IMG/VR virus record: IMGVR_UViG_3300028588_000051
Location: 1-38,494 of that record
Length of the DNA: 38,494 nucleotides
Reading direction: 5' to 3' (one strand)
From: a virus
Lineage: Duplodnaviria; Caudoviricetes
Part shown: piece after piece, positions 1 through 7,969 of the stretch
Layout of the letters: every line of letters begins with the position of its first letter
Position numbering within the stretch: the stretch's first letter is position 1
Program-made: the position numbers and the translations under genes
The notes under the pieces: generated by a model
Database searches by the model: none
The model's input: only the letters and a program-made list of their open reading frames with translations
What the model was told of the DNA's origin: nothing

Positions 1-127
1 TTGTCGCCCGCGGCTACGGCGGCGGCGTGCTCGTCGACCTCTATCGTATCGAGCCCGGTGCGGACAGCCTCGACGAGGGACTGCATGGTCGCCAGCTCCC
101 AGACGGGCGCCGAGTAGCGAAGGAGCC
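1..127. repeat. Terminal direct repeat, identical to 38368-38494 (circular assembly overlap)
   Basis: The first 127 nt (ttgtcgcccg...aggagcc) recur exactly at the end, and the primase ORF reads in frame across the junction. Confidence 0.95.
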
Positions 128-1091
128 CGGTCGCCTCGGTCCATGCCCAGCGGCCGTCGAAGTCGCCGGCGAGCTCAACGGCGAGGGGGCCGTCCTCGAG
201 GGTGCGGGTACCGGCGGGCCGCTTAGCGGCGGGCGCTTTTCCCTCAGCCCTCGACTTGAGCTGCTTGCGTTCGGCCTTGGTGATCTCAAACGTGACGGGC
301 GGGGCACCGTAGTGGGCGACACTGCCCTCGAGCGCGGCGTCCCAGTGGCGGTCGTACTCGGGGAAGTCCTGCACGTAAGTGGTGCGGGCCCGGTCGAGGG
401 CTTCGGCAACGCCGGGGCGGCCTTCGGCGCCGAGCTGCACGAGGCGAGTGACCGCATCGAGCATGTCGCCGTGGGACATGCCGTCTGCGGTGACGGCCTT
501 GCGGGCTGCCTTGACCTCGGCGTCGGGCTTACCGGGGCGTAGGCGGGCGAACCACGCGTCGACGGGGAGTGAGTCGCCACGGGGCGCTATGGCGTCTCTG
601 GCGGGCTTGAGTGCCCATTGGGGGGCTGGCACGCAGTAAGGCGCCTGCGTCATCGCAGGGCCGTAGTAGACCGCGAAGCCATTGCCGCTACGGATGTCGA
701 CGGCATCGACGGGGTGGTTCGCCGCGACGGTCAGGTCCATACCTTCAGGAGCGGCGTAGACCATGTGCATCCCGCCGTTGACAGTGCGGTACATGAGCGT
801 TTCGGGCGGGTCGATGTTCGCGGCCTCGAGGTTGGCGCTACCGGACTTGCCGTTCTTCTCGTCGATGTCGACCACGACGAGACCGGAGCGGCCGGTGTGG
901 ACACCGATGTAGGCGCCGGGGAAGTCGATGGACCACCACGTGGCGATCTGCTCGGGGTCGGTGGTCGCCTCATCGTTCCAGCGAACGTAGGGCTGCTTCC
1001 CGGCCTTCGGATCGGGGTTGACGGGGAAGACGTACCAGCCGGCCTCGCGGGCCAGGGAGAGGGCGACGTCGAGCGGGTCGCGGGTAGCCAT
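1..1091 (-). CDS. Bifunctional primase/polymerase (Prim-Pol) N-terminal part of a primase-helicase; continues across the origin to 37071 (about 795 aa total)
   Basis: Manual translation from ATG 1091: MATRDPLDVALSLAREAGWYVFPVNP...ATTDPEQIATWW...IGVHTGRSGLVVVDID...RTVNGGMH...VDIRSGNGFAV, which are Prim-Pol motifs. No stop before position 1; in frame with ORF 37071..38453. Missing from the ORF track because it runs off the edge. Confidence 0.92.
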   Translation of the reverse strand, partial: MATRDPLDVALSLAREAGWYVFPVNPDPKAGKQPYVRWNDEATTDPEQIATWWSIDFPGAYIGVHTGRSGLVVVDIDEKNGKSGSANLEAANIDPPETLMYRTVNGGMHMVYAAPEGMDLTVAANHPVDAVDIRSGNGFAVYYGPAMTQAPYCVPAPQWALKPARDAIAPRGDSLPVDAWFARLRPGKPDAEVKAARKAVTADGMSHGDMLDAVTRLVQLGAEGRPGVAEALDRARTTYVQDFPEYDRHWDAALEGSVAHYGAPPVTFEITKAERKQLKSRAEGKAPAAKRPAGTRTLEDGPLAVELAGDFDGRWAWTEATGLLRYSAPVWELATMQSLVEAVRTGLDTIEVDEHAAAVAAGD

Positions 1092-1095
1092 AGAA

Positions 1096-1232
1096 GGTCC
1101 GATCGTTGGGTGTTGCGCTAGTCGTGGGAGCTGGTCTTGCTTGCCGGATGGTCGGCCCCAGTCGGTCACGCGGGAGATAGGGTCCCACGCTTCGTCAACT
1201 GGGGCCGACCTTGCCGACTAGAGCAAGGGACC
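1096..1232 (-). promoter_or_regulatory. Structured 5' leader of the primase-helicase mRNA
   Basis: Nested inverted repeats: 1150-1162/1198-1210 (13 bp perfect), 1113-1124/1215-1226 (11 of 12), 1096-1100/1228-1232, 1168-1175/1183-1190. Confidence 0.7.
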
Positions 1233-1247
1233 GGAGCACCCGGCTAC

Positions 1248-1276
1248 ATCGTGGCATGGGGCGGCGGCGGCGTCAA
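1248..1276 (-). promoter_or_regulatory. Leftward sigma-A-like promoter for the primase operon
   Basis: TTGACG-N17-CACGAT on the minus strand; predicted +1 near 1241. Confidence 0.55.
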
Positions 1277-1316
1277 GCCCGATTCGGCGGGCCGTTTAGC
1301 TCGGTTCGATGTGTCC

Positions 1317-1425
1317 GTATCGAGGTAGCGGAGTAGCGCTGTAGCGATAGATCTGCTTCGACTCTTAGTGCGCGCACACATCAGGGGGATTAACGATTCT
1401 ATCGCTACCAGCGCTACCTCGATAC
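1317..1425. repeat. Imperfect inverted repeat with GTAGCG iterons; candidate replication origin
   Basis: gtatcgaggtagcg...gtagcgataga (1317-1351) versus tctatcgctaccagcgctacctcgatac (1398-1425). Five GTAGCG/CGCTAC copies in the non-coding gap between the divergent arms. Confidence 0.6.
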
Positions 1426-1563
1426 AAGCGCATGCACCGTCGCCCCTTAGCGCGCCCCGTGCCGCCCGCTAAGCCCGTCGCCTCTCGCTTAGCAACGCCG
1501 AAACGCGCCACTCAACTAACGCTCAGGATAAGCGGCGTGATTTCCGGTCGCTAAGAAAAGGCC

Positions 1564-1598
1564 TTGCATCCCGAGTGACGCGCCACTATGCTGGGGGT
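1564..1598 (+). promoter_or_regulatory. Rightward promoter containing operator AGTGACGCGCCACT (1574-1587)
   Basis: TTGCAT-N17-TATGCT-N6-ATG (leaderless geometry). A weaker operator copy lies at 1499-1512. Confidence 0.75.
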
Positions 1599-2201
1599 AT
1601 GGCCCTCTACGCGCACACGCACCTCGGGATGCCGGCACCGCGCCACACGCTCACCGAGGCGGCAGAGGCCGCACGCGTGGCCGTTCGCCAGCTCCCCCCA
1701 TCCCGCCTCGTCGAGGTCATCACCAAGTCAGGAGTCACCATGAAAACGTCCCGAGCACCGCTCACCCGCCGCGAGGTCGAGGAGGCTTACGTGCACCCGG
1801 AGCCGGCCACCCCCGGAGGCGAGGTGCTCTACTGGTGGACGATTGACACTCTGCCTGCTTCGGCATCCACGTTCGCGAACAAGGCCCGTGCCGCCGGCGC
1901 CGACGTTAAGGTCACGGTCGCCCGCGGCACGACGCTGCCGAAGTGGCACGTCAACGCGCCGGACTCGAAGCCCAACCCGGGCCCGCCCGTCGACGCGTCG
2001 CAGTACCACGGCGATGTCGTCGACTCGGTGGTCGTGTGGGCCAAGGGCGGCAAGATGCTGCGTGACGGCATCCACCCGCTGACCTACCAGGTCGCTCGCG
2101 TCCGCGCCGAGTGGCACAACGGTCGCATTCACGAGGTCACGGTCAACGGCTCCAAGTCGTCGCTCAAGGCTGCGCTCGAGGCGTTGGGGGCGACGTCGTG
2201 A
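1599..2201 (+). CDS. Hypothetical protein
   Basis: ATG 1599 lies 6 nt after the -10 box. An alternative in-frame ATG at 1740 has an AGGAG RBS. Confidence 0.7.
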   Translation: MALYAHTHLGMPAPRHTLTEAAEAARVAVRQLPPSRLVEVITKSGVTMKTSRAPLTRREVEEAYVHPEPATPGGEVLYWWTIDTLPASASTFANKARAAGADVKVTVARGTTLPKWHVNAPDSKPNPGPPVDASQYHGDVVDSVVVWAKGGKMLRDGIHPLTYQVARVRAEWHNGRIHEVTVNGSKSSLKAALEALGATS

Positions 2202-2455
2202 AGCGGCTGCGCGATCGTTCCGGCTACCGCCGCCGAGTCGCCGAGGGGTACAACGGCGGTTCGCGCCTCGGCCCACAGATCGGCAGCACGGTACGCCTCG
2301 ACCAGCGCCGTCAAGCTGTAGCCGGTTCAAGAGATTGGCGCGGCGAGGTGCGAGGCGCGGACCTCCGCATCGACTGCGCGTTCGTGGTGTGGTCGCATCA
2401 ACCAACCATCCTCCACCGCATCCCGTACTCGTGGCTGGCCGAGGTGACGTCGTGA
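2198..2455 (+). CDS. Hypothetical protein
   Basis: GTGA overlap with the upstream stop; translationally coupled chain. Confidence 0.6.
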   Translation: MKRLRDRSGYRRRVAEGYNGGSRLGPQIGSTVRLDQRRQAVAGSRDWRGEVRGADLRIDCAFVVWSHQPTILHRIPYSWLAEVTS

Positions 2456-2547
2456 CTCTCGACGCCGGCCCGATGTGCCCCTACTGTTTCAAGCGTGGCG
2501 TCCACCTCGCCTCGTGCGCCCGCCCCCTACCGAAGGACAAGCCGTGA
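2452..2547 (+). CDS. 31-aa putative zinc-finger microprotein
   Basis: GTGA overlaps at both ends; MTLDAGPMCPYCFKRGVHLASCARPLPKDKP contains CxxC-x5-H-x3-C. Confidence 0.55.
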   Translation: MTLDAGPMCPYCFKRGVHLASCARPLPKDKP

Positions 2548-2807
2548 CTATCAACCTGACCGACGTGACGTTCGACCTACTCGTCGCCGAGCAACTGCAC
2601 GACATCGTGCCGTGTGACGACGCGGATTGTGACCGCACAGCGCACTGGCACTACACCCACAAGTGCGGCTCGCAGTGGTTCGGGTGTGACATTCACCGCG
2701 GCAAGCATGATGAGCTGGTCGCCTCCGCCAAGGCATCGGGTCGCTACTTTCGACCGAACTGCTGCGGCGGCCCCGTTCCCGTGCCGACGCCCTGGGTCGC
2801 CCTGTGA
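2544..2807 (+). CDS. Cys/His-rich hypothetical protein
   Basis: GTGA overlap; contains CDDADC, HKC, CDIH and CC. Confidence 0.65.
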   Translation: MTINLTDVTFDLLVAEQLHDIVPCDDADCDRTAHWHYTHKCGSQWFGCDIHRGKHDELVASAKASGRYFRPNCCGGPVPVPTPWVAL

Positions 2808-3019
2808 CCCGGCACGGGTGGCTCGAGCCGTGGAGCGGGCCGATCTACACGGAGTGCGCCACGGGCAAGACGGCGTGGGCCGAGCGGGCGCATGCGCGCA
2901 ACGCGCTGCGGTCGATGCCGAAGGGCCACGGTATGAGCGCGTACCGCTGCGACGGCTGCGACCTCTGGCACATCGGCCACCTCGCGCCGGTCGTGAAGCG
3001 TGGGATGAGCGAGCGATGA
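2804..3019 (+). CDS. Small Zn-binding phage protein
   Basis: C..GK...A...YRCDGCDLWH pattern seen in small phage proteins; overlapping start and stop. Confidence 0.7.
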   Translation: MTRHGWLEPWSGPIYTECATGKTAWAERAHARNALRSMPKGHGMSAYRCDGCDLWHIGHLAPVVKRGMSER

Positions 3020-3261
3020 ACGTCCCCTGGTCACCGATGGTCGCGCCGCCGTTTCTTTGCCGTAACGACGCTGAGTTCGACACGTGCTCGCACGGCTACC
3101 CCGCCGAGGAGTGCATGGTCGATCGCGGTCGAGCGTGCACCTGCATTCACCACGAGTGGATAGAAATATACGACCCCGACTCCTGGCGCGGCTTCTTGGG
3201 CGAGGTTGAGATACACGAGCTGGGCAACCCGGTCACGTCGTTCGATTCGTTTGAACGCTAA
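3016..3261 (+). CDS. Cys-rich hypothetical protein
   Basis: ATGA overlap; MNVPWSPM...CSHG...C...CTCIHH. Confidence 0.6.
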   Translation: MNVPWSPMVAPPFLCRNDAEFDTCSHGYPAEECMVDRGRACTCIHHEWIEIYDPDSWRGFLGEVEIHELGNPVTSFDSFER

Positions 3262-3276
3262 GATGCGACCATGACC
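3256..3276 (+). promoter_or_regulatory. -10-only leaderless promoter; 21-bp exact repeat of 6377-6397
   Basis: cgcTAAGATgcgaccATGacc precedes both terS and portal. Confidence 0.75.
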
Positions 3277-3843
3277 GCCGCCCCGAACTTCCGAGAGCTG
3301 ATCGCCGTGCGCGTGATGCGCGAGCAGGAGTGGGCTTACGAGCAGCGCTCGCGCCACCTCTCGTACCGCGAGATGCGCCGGCGTTCCATCCTTCCGACGT
3401 ACCAGGGCGGCCTCGGTTACGACGTCAGCGAGCACACGCTCAAGGGTCTCGTCACCGGCTACACGGAGCGCATGCGCGAGACGCTGCAGGAGTCGCCGGA
3501 GTTCTACATGCACCGCGAGCTCGCCGACCTCGAGGAGCAGTACCGCGTCGCCGCCGCGCTGGCCGATCCGATCGACCGCAGCGCGACGATGCTGGCCGCC
3601 TACGCGCTGGGCTTCACATCCGTCGAGCAGCTCCTTGCGGAGTCGCCCGGGTCGGCGGTGCCGCAAGATGGCCGCGTCATCCTCGCCGCGCTGGCGACGA
3701 TGCGGCAGACCGGCGAGCGTCGCGCGAAGCTGCTCGGCCTCGACGCCGCGACCACGCACAAGGTCGACGTCACGGTCACCGATGCCGTCGACGCGGCTGT
3801 GGCTGAGCTCGCCGCTGAGCTTGATAAGGCCGCCACCGCGTGA
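3271..3843 (+). CDS. terS: Terminase small subunit
   Basis: Directly upstream of terL with GTGA overlap; N-terminal HTH-like LSYREM segment and C-terminal ERRAKLLGLDA motif. Confidence 0.8.
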   Translation: MTAAPNFRELIAVRVMREQEWAYEQRSRHLSYREMRRRSILPTYQGGLGYDVSEHTLKGLVTGYTERMRETLQESPEFYMHRELADLEEQYRVAAALADPIDRSATMLAAYALGFTSVEQLLAESPGSAVPQDGRVILAALATMRQTGERRAKLLGLDAATTHKVDVTVTDAVDAAVAELAAELDKAATA

Positions 3844-5375
3844 CTCCCCTCGAGCGCGTACGCGCGAAGCTCGCCGCGACGGCGCCGAACGGCGAGTGGG
3901 AGGGGCCGGCGTACGCGTCGCCGCTGGGGCGGAAGGCCGCGACGTACGGCGACCCTCTTGCGTTCGCCGTCGTGTACCTCGGCCACCACCTCCGCGACGC
4001 CGACGGTCGCATCACCCTGTCCTCGATCCACGTTGCGTGGGCCGAGTCCGCGAAGCGGTGGATGCGCGTCGACACGGAGCCGATGGATGATCGCCGGAGC
4101 GAAGTCGCCCCGCGTGAGTCGGGCAAGTCGACATGGCACTTTTTGCTGCTGCCGATGTGGGCCGCGGCGCACGGACACAAGCGCTTTGCCGCGGCGTTCG
4201 CGAACACGCCGTCTCAGGCCGAGACGCAGCTCGCGTCGTTCAAGGCCGAGCTCACGTCAAACGTGCTGCTGCGTGCCGACTACCCAGAGTTGTGCGAGCC
4301 GAAGACGCGGGGGCGCGGAACGGTGGAGGCGGACCGGGTGTCGCTCTACCACGCGCAGAGCGGTTTCGTGTTCGCCGCCTCGGGGATGGATTCGGCTAAC
4401 CTCGGCCTCAAGGTCGGCAACACGCGACCCGACCTGCTCATCATGGACGACATCGAGCCGCACGAATCGAACTACTCGCCGGCGTTGGCCGCGAAGCGTC
4501 TCGACACGTTGCAGTCCGCGATCCTTCCGCTCAACATCCGCGCGTCGGTCATTCTCGTGGGGACCGTGACAATGCCCGGGTCTGTCGTGCATCAGATCGC
4601 GCAGTACGGCAGCGGTTCGCGGACCCCGGAGCTGCTGTGGGTCGCCGAGCAGCACATCGTCGCACGCCACTTCCCCGCGCTCGTCACCGAGGATGACGGG
4701 TCGCGCGTGTCGATCTGGCCGGAGAAGTGGCCGACGCAGATGCTTCTCGACATGCAGCACACGCGGCACTACCTGAAGAACTACGCCAACGATCCGCGTG
4801 GTGGCGAGGGTGGCTACTGGACGATCGAAGACCTGAAGCGCGAGCCGGCCGATAGTGGCCTCGTCATCACGCACCGACTCCTCAGCGTCGACCCGGCCGT
4901 GACGACGAAGGGAACGAGCGACTTCACCGGCCTCACGGTGCTCGGGTTCAGTCGCCCGGAGGGGCGCGTCGTGGTGCTCGGCTCGTGGCAGGTGAAGCTC
5001 GACCCGGAGAAGCTACGGGCGCGCGTGCTCGACATCGTGAACGATTACGACGTCGGGCTGCTGCTGGTCGAGACGAACCAAGGCGGCGACCTCTGGCGCG
5101 GCATCTTCCACCACTTGCCGATTCCGTTGAAGACGGTGCACCAGTCCGCGTCGAAAGAGGTGCGCGCCGCCGAGGCGCTCAACCACACGCAGCGCGGCAA
5201 GGTGACGCTCGCCGCGGGTGCCGACCTCGCAGCCCTTGAGGCGCAGCTTGTGTCGTTTCCGAACGCGCCGCACGACGATATGCTCGACTCGTTCACGTCG
5301 GGCGTCATCTACTTCATGTCGACCACGAAGAAGCGGCGCGGTGGTGTCGGCGCGACGAGCGTCGCGTACGCTTGA
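3840..5375 (+). CDS. terL: Terminase large subunit
   Basis: Walker A APRESGKST, Walker B LLIMDDIE, coupling motif VGT, nuclease motifs SVDPA and FPNAPHDDMLDS. Confidence 0.95.
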   Translation: MTPLERVRAKLAATAPNGEWEGPAYASPLGRKAATYGDPLAFAVVYLGHHLRDADGRITLSSIHVAWAESAKRWMRVDTEPMDDRRSEVAPRESGKSTWHFLLLPMWAAAHGHKRFAAAFANTPSQAETQLASFKAELTSNVLLRADYPELCEPKTRGRGTVEADRVSLYHAQSGFVFAASGMDSANLGLKVGNTRPDLLIMDDIEPHESNYSPALAAKRLDTLQSAILPLNIRASVILVGTVTMPGSVVHQIAQYGSGSRTPELLWVAEQHIVARHFPALVTEDDGSRVSIWPEKWPTQMLLDMQHTRHYLKNYANDPRGGEGGYWTIEDLKREPADSGLVITHRLLSVDPAVTTKGTSDFTGLTVLGFSRPEGRVVVLGSWQVKLDPEKLRARVLDIVNDYDVGLLLVETNQGGDLWRGIFHHLPIPLKTVHQSASKEVRAAEALNHTQRGKVTLAAGADLAALEAQLVSFPNAPHDDMLDSFTSGVIYFMSTTKKRRGGVGATSVAYA

Positions 5376-5409
5376 CGCGTCACTAAGTAGTGGCTAGGCT
5401 GGGCGCATG
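5371..5409 (+). promoter_or_regulatory. Leaderless sigma-A-like promoter with operator; near-identical to 5981-6019
   Basis: cTTGACGcgtcactaagtagtggcTAGGCTgggcgcATG; the -35 box overlaps the terL stop codon. Confidence 0.85.
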
Positions 5410-5745
5410 ACGAATGAATCTGACGCCCCCGTGACGCGACCCAACCTCGACAAGCTGATCGCATACGCCGAAATCGTCGCCAGCAAAGGCGTCCAGACGG
5501 ACGACGGTTTCACGTACCAAGTTCCCGCGGCATCGCTGGTCGATAGTCAAGATGTGATCCGCGAATTGGTGGCCGCTCTCGCCGCTGAGCGGGCACGAGC
5601 CGATCAGGCAGAGCAGCGGATCGCGGAAGCGGCAGACCTGCTTCCGCGCGAGCCGTACTACACCCGAGACATCGGCCCCGCATACCCCGAAGCCCCGGTC
5701 GACGAAGCGTTCGAACTGCTCACCGCCCCGACCGCCGAGCAGTGA
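5407..5745 (+). CDS. Hypothetical protein (coiled-coil segment)
   Basis: ATG 6 nt after the -10 box; coupled to the next gene. Confidence 0.75.
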   Translation: MTNESDAPVTRPNLDKLIAYAEIVASKGVQTDDGFTYQVPAASLVDSQDVIRELVAALAAERARADQAEQRIAEAADLLPREPYYTRDIGPAYPEAPVDEAFELLTAPTAEQ

Positions 5746-5978
5746 AGAATGCTCGAGGCCGCACCCCGGGAGCCCCACTCACCCAACGCCAATTCGACAC
5801 CCTGCTGCTACTCGCCGACGGGGAGACGGGCTCGACCATTGCGGCCGAGCTTGGCGTGCGGCCCGACACGGTGCATGTGTTCACCGCGCAACTGAAGGCC
5901 AAGCTCGGTGCCAAGTCGACCGCTCACGCCGTTGCGATCGCCTATCACACGGGGCTGCTGGCCGTCGCTCGGGCGTAG
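5742..5978 (+). CDS. Stand-alone LuxR/GerE-type HTH DNA-binding protein
   Basis: PLTQRQFDTLLLLADGETGSTIAAELGVRPDTVHVFTAQLKAKLGAKSTAHAVAIA. Confidence 0.9.
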   Translation: MKNARGRTPGAPLTQRQFDTLLLLADGETGSTIAAELGVRPDTVHVFTAQLKAKLGAKSTAHAVAIAYHTGLLAVARA

Positions 5979-5980
5979 GG

Positions 5981-6019
5981 CTTGACGCGTCACTAAGTAA
6001 CGGTTAGGCTGGGCGCATG
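5981..6019 (+). promoter_or_regulatory. Leaderless sigma-A-like promoter with operator (copy 2)
   Basis: cTTGACGcgtcactaagtaacggtTAGGCTgggcgcATG; 36 of 39 identical to 5371-5409. Confidence 0.85.
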
Positions 6020-6220
6020 GACAACAAAGGATTCACTGCAGCCCAAATCGCCAGCCACTCTCCCATTAAGCCCTCGGCCGAAGACGAGTCCGACCTTCGA
6101 CTCGTTCAAGCTTGGCGTGACGGTTACTACGACGGACTGGCCGACGCTGCCAACAGCAGAATCACCCGCAAGCTCATCCGCCGCGACAACCCCTACATGA
6201 AGAGCCGGGGCAGCAAGTGA
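6017..6220 (+). CDS. Hypothetical protein
   Basis: Leaderless start; AWRDGYYDG...NPY pattern common in small phage proteins. Confidence 0.75.
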   Translation: MDNKGFTAAQIASHSPIKPSAEDESDLRLVQAWRDGYYDGLADAANSRITRKLIRRDNPYMKSRGSK

Positions 6221-6369
6221 CCACGCTTCCGATCGAAGATCACGCCTTCACTCCTGGCGGCCAATGGAAGGGGCGGTGGTGCGAGCATTGGTGCCCATCG
6301 AGCAAGGGCCCATGGTCGATGGTGACTAAGTGCGGATACCTCCCCGAGTCTCATCTACGTAGAGACTGA
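6217..6369 (+). CDS. 50-aa His/Cys hypothetical protein (not in ORF track)
   Basis: GTGA overlap; MTTLPIEDHAFTPGGQWKGRWCEHWCPSSKGPWSMVTKCGYLPESHLRRD fills the gap before portal. Confidence 0.55.
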   Translation: MTTLPIEDHAFTPGGQWKGRWCEHWCPSSKGPWSMVTKCGYLPESHLRRD

Positions 6370-6391
6370 AGCCATCCGCTAAGATGCGACC

Positions 6392-7966
6392 ATGACCAAC
6401 GCGCCGGAGAGCCTCGACGACATCCAAGCCGACCTCGGCCGCGCGTTCAGCCTCATGGACGACAAGCATGACGGGTACGTCGCCGCCTTCGAGTACCACG
6501 CGGGCACCCGCCACGAGGTGGCGTCGTCCGAGACGGTGCGGAAGATCATCGAGAAGAGTGCCGAGGCGCACCCGATCAGTCTCGCGCACATCGCCGTCGA
6601 CGCCCCGTTCGACAAAATCGAACTCACCGCCATCACGTCACCCGACGCTGCGGCGTCCGCGCTACTCGAGGCGTTTTGGCTTGCGAACGACGTCGAGGAC
6701 GAGTCCGACGACTGGCACCGCAAGGCGGGCATCTACGGCGACTACTACGTCATTCTCGACATCACCGAAACGGACAACAACGGCAACGCCACCGAGTTTC
6801 GTGCGGTGGGCTCCTCACCCCTTTCCACCATCACGATGTACTCGTCGAAGGACCAGCGCACCCCGCTCTACAGCGTGAAGCGGTGGCGGCACGGCCGCGA
6901 CGCGTACGCGAACGTGTTCTACGACGACGTGACGGTTCGCCTCGTCGCGACGGGCGCCGGCGAGTCGACGCTCGACCCGAAGAAGTTCGCCTACGAGTTC
7001 GACCTCGACAATGACGGCACACCGATCGAGGACTCGGAGCGACCTAGCCACCCCGGGGGCCGCCAGCTCGTTGTGCACTACGCAGTCGACAGCAAGCCGT
7101 ACGGCACGCCGGTGCACGTGAAGGCGTTCGGCCCGCAAGACGCGATCACAAAGGTGTCGGCGACGAACCTCGCGAACGTCGACGGGCAGGGCTTCGGCGC
7201 CCGCTACGCGCTCATGGACCCGATGGCCGAGATCGACGACGACATCGACGACGACTTCGGCACCGATGGTCCCGGCACGTCTGAGGCGGACAGCGACGGG
7301 CTGACGAAGGCAACCGCCTCGTCGCTGAAAAAGTCCGGGCCCGGCGCGGTCGCTTTGCTCAAGGGCGTCAAGAGCGTCGGCGAGTGGGCCGCCACCTCGA
7401 GCGACGACTTCCTGAAGAACCTCGACTGGTACGTCCGCGTCATGGCTGTCGCTACCGGCGTGCCGCTGTTCGAGTTCGACCTCAACGGCGAGCAGCCGTC
7501 CGGCGAAGCGCGTCGCCGCGCCGAGGGGCGGCTGAACAAGCATGTGCGGAAGATCATCCGCTCCCTCGGCAACGCGAGCGAAGAGCTCGGCCGCCTCGTA
7601 CTCCTCGTGCAGGGACGCGACGCCGTGGTCAACGCGGACTTCGCGCCGACCGAGAACGCGATGGATAAGGATGGCCTGGAACTCGTCTCGGCGAAGGTCA
7701 AGGCCGGCATCCCGCTCAAGGTCGCGCTGCTCGAGCAGGGCTACACGCAGGCCGAAGTCGACGAGTGGTTCCCTGAGACGTTCGGCTTCTCCCCTGAGCT
7801 AGTCGCCCTCATCGCGCAAGCGCTGCAGCAGCTCGGTCAGGCGAAGACCCTCGGCGTCATCACCGACGCCGAGCTTGCCGACATGCTGCCGAGCATCCTC
7901 ACCGGGGCTCGCGGCGAGGCCGTGGCTGTCGGTTCGGCGCTGGCGCCTCTGCCCATTGCGGAGTAG
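6392..7966 (+). CDS. Portal protein (SPP1 gp6-like)
   Basis: 524 aa after terminase; QDAITK, ATGVPLFEF and PSGEARRRAE motifs typical of actinophage portals. Confidence 0.9.
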   Translation: MTNAPESLDDIQADLGRAFSLMDDKHDGYVAAFEYHAGTRHEVASSETVRKIIEKSAEAHPISLAHIAVDAPFDKIELTAITSPDAAASALLEAFWLANDVEDESDDWHRKAGIYGDYYVILDITETDNNGNATEFRAVGSSPLSTITMYSSKDQRTPLYSVKRWRHGRDAYANVFYDDVTVRLVATGAGESTLDPKKFAYEFDLDNDGTPIEDSERPSHPGGRQLVVHYAVDSKPYGTPVHVKAFGPQDAITKVSATNLANVDGQGFGARYALMDPMAEIDDDIDDDFGTDGPGTSEADSDGLTKATASSLKKSGPGAVALLKGVKSVGEWAATSSDDFLKNLDWYVRVMAVATGVPLFEFDLNGEQPSGEARRRAEGRLNKHVRKIIRSLGNASEELGRLVLLVQGRDAVVNADFAPTENAMDKDGLELVSAKVKAGIPLKVALLEQGYTQAEVDEWFPETFGFSPELVALIAQALQQLGQAKTLGVITDAELADMLPSILTGARGEAVAVGSALAPLPIAE

Positions 7967-7969
7967 CGC

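Noticed and set aside
1-127. 127-bp terminal repeat as a biological direct terminal repeat
   Set aside because: The length matches a common assembler k-mer and it falls mid-primase; it is an assembly overlap, not evidence of physical ends.
27-1328. Track ORFs 27-542, 41-580, 618-1121, 970-1188 and 1137-1328
   Set aside because: They overlap the real Prim-Pol frame (1091 to 1, minus strand) or its leader and lack coding features.
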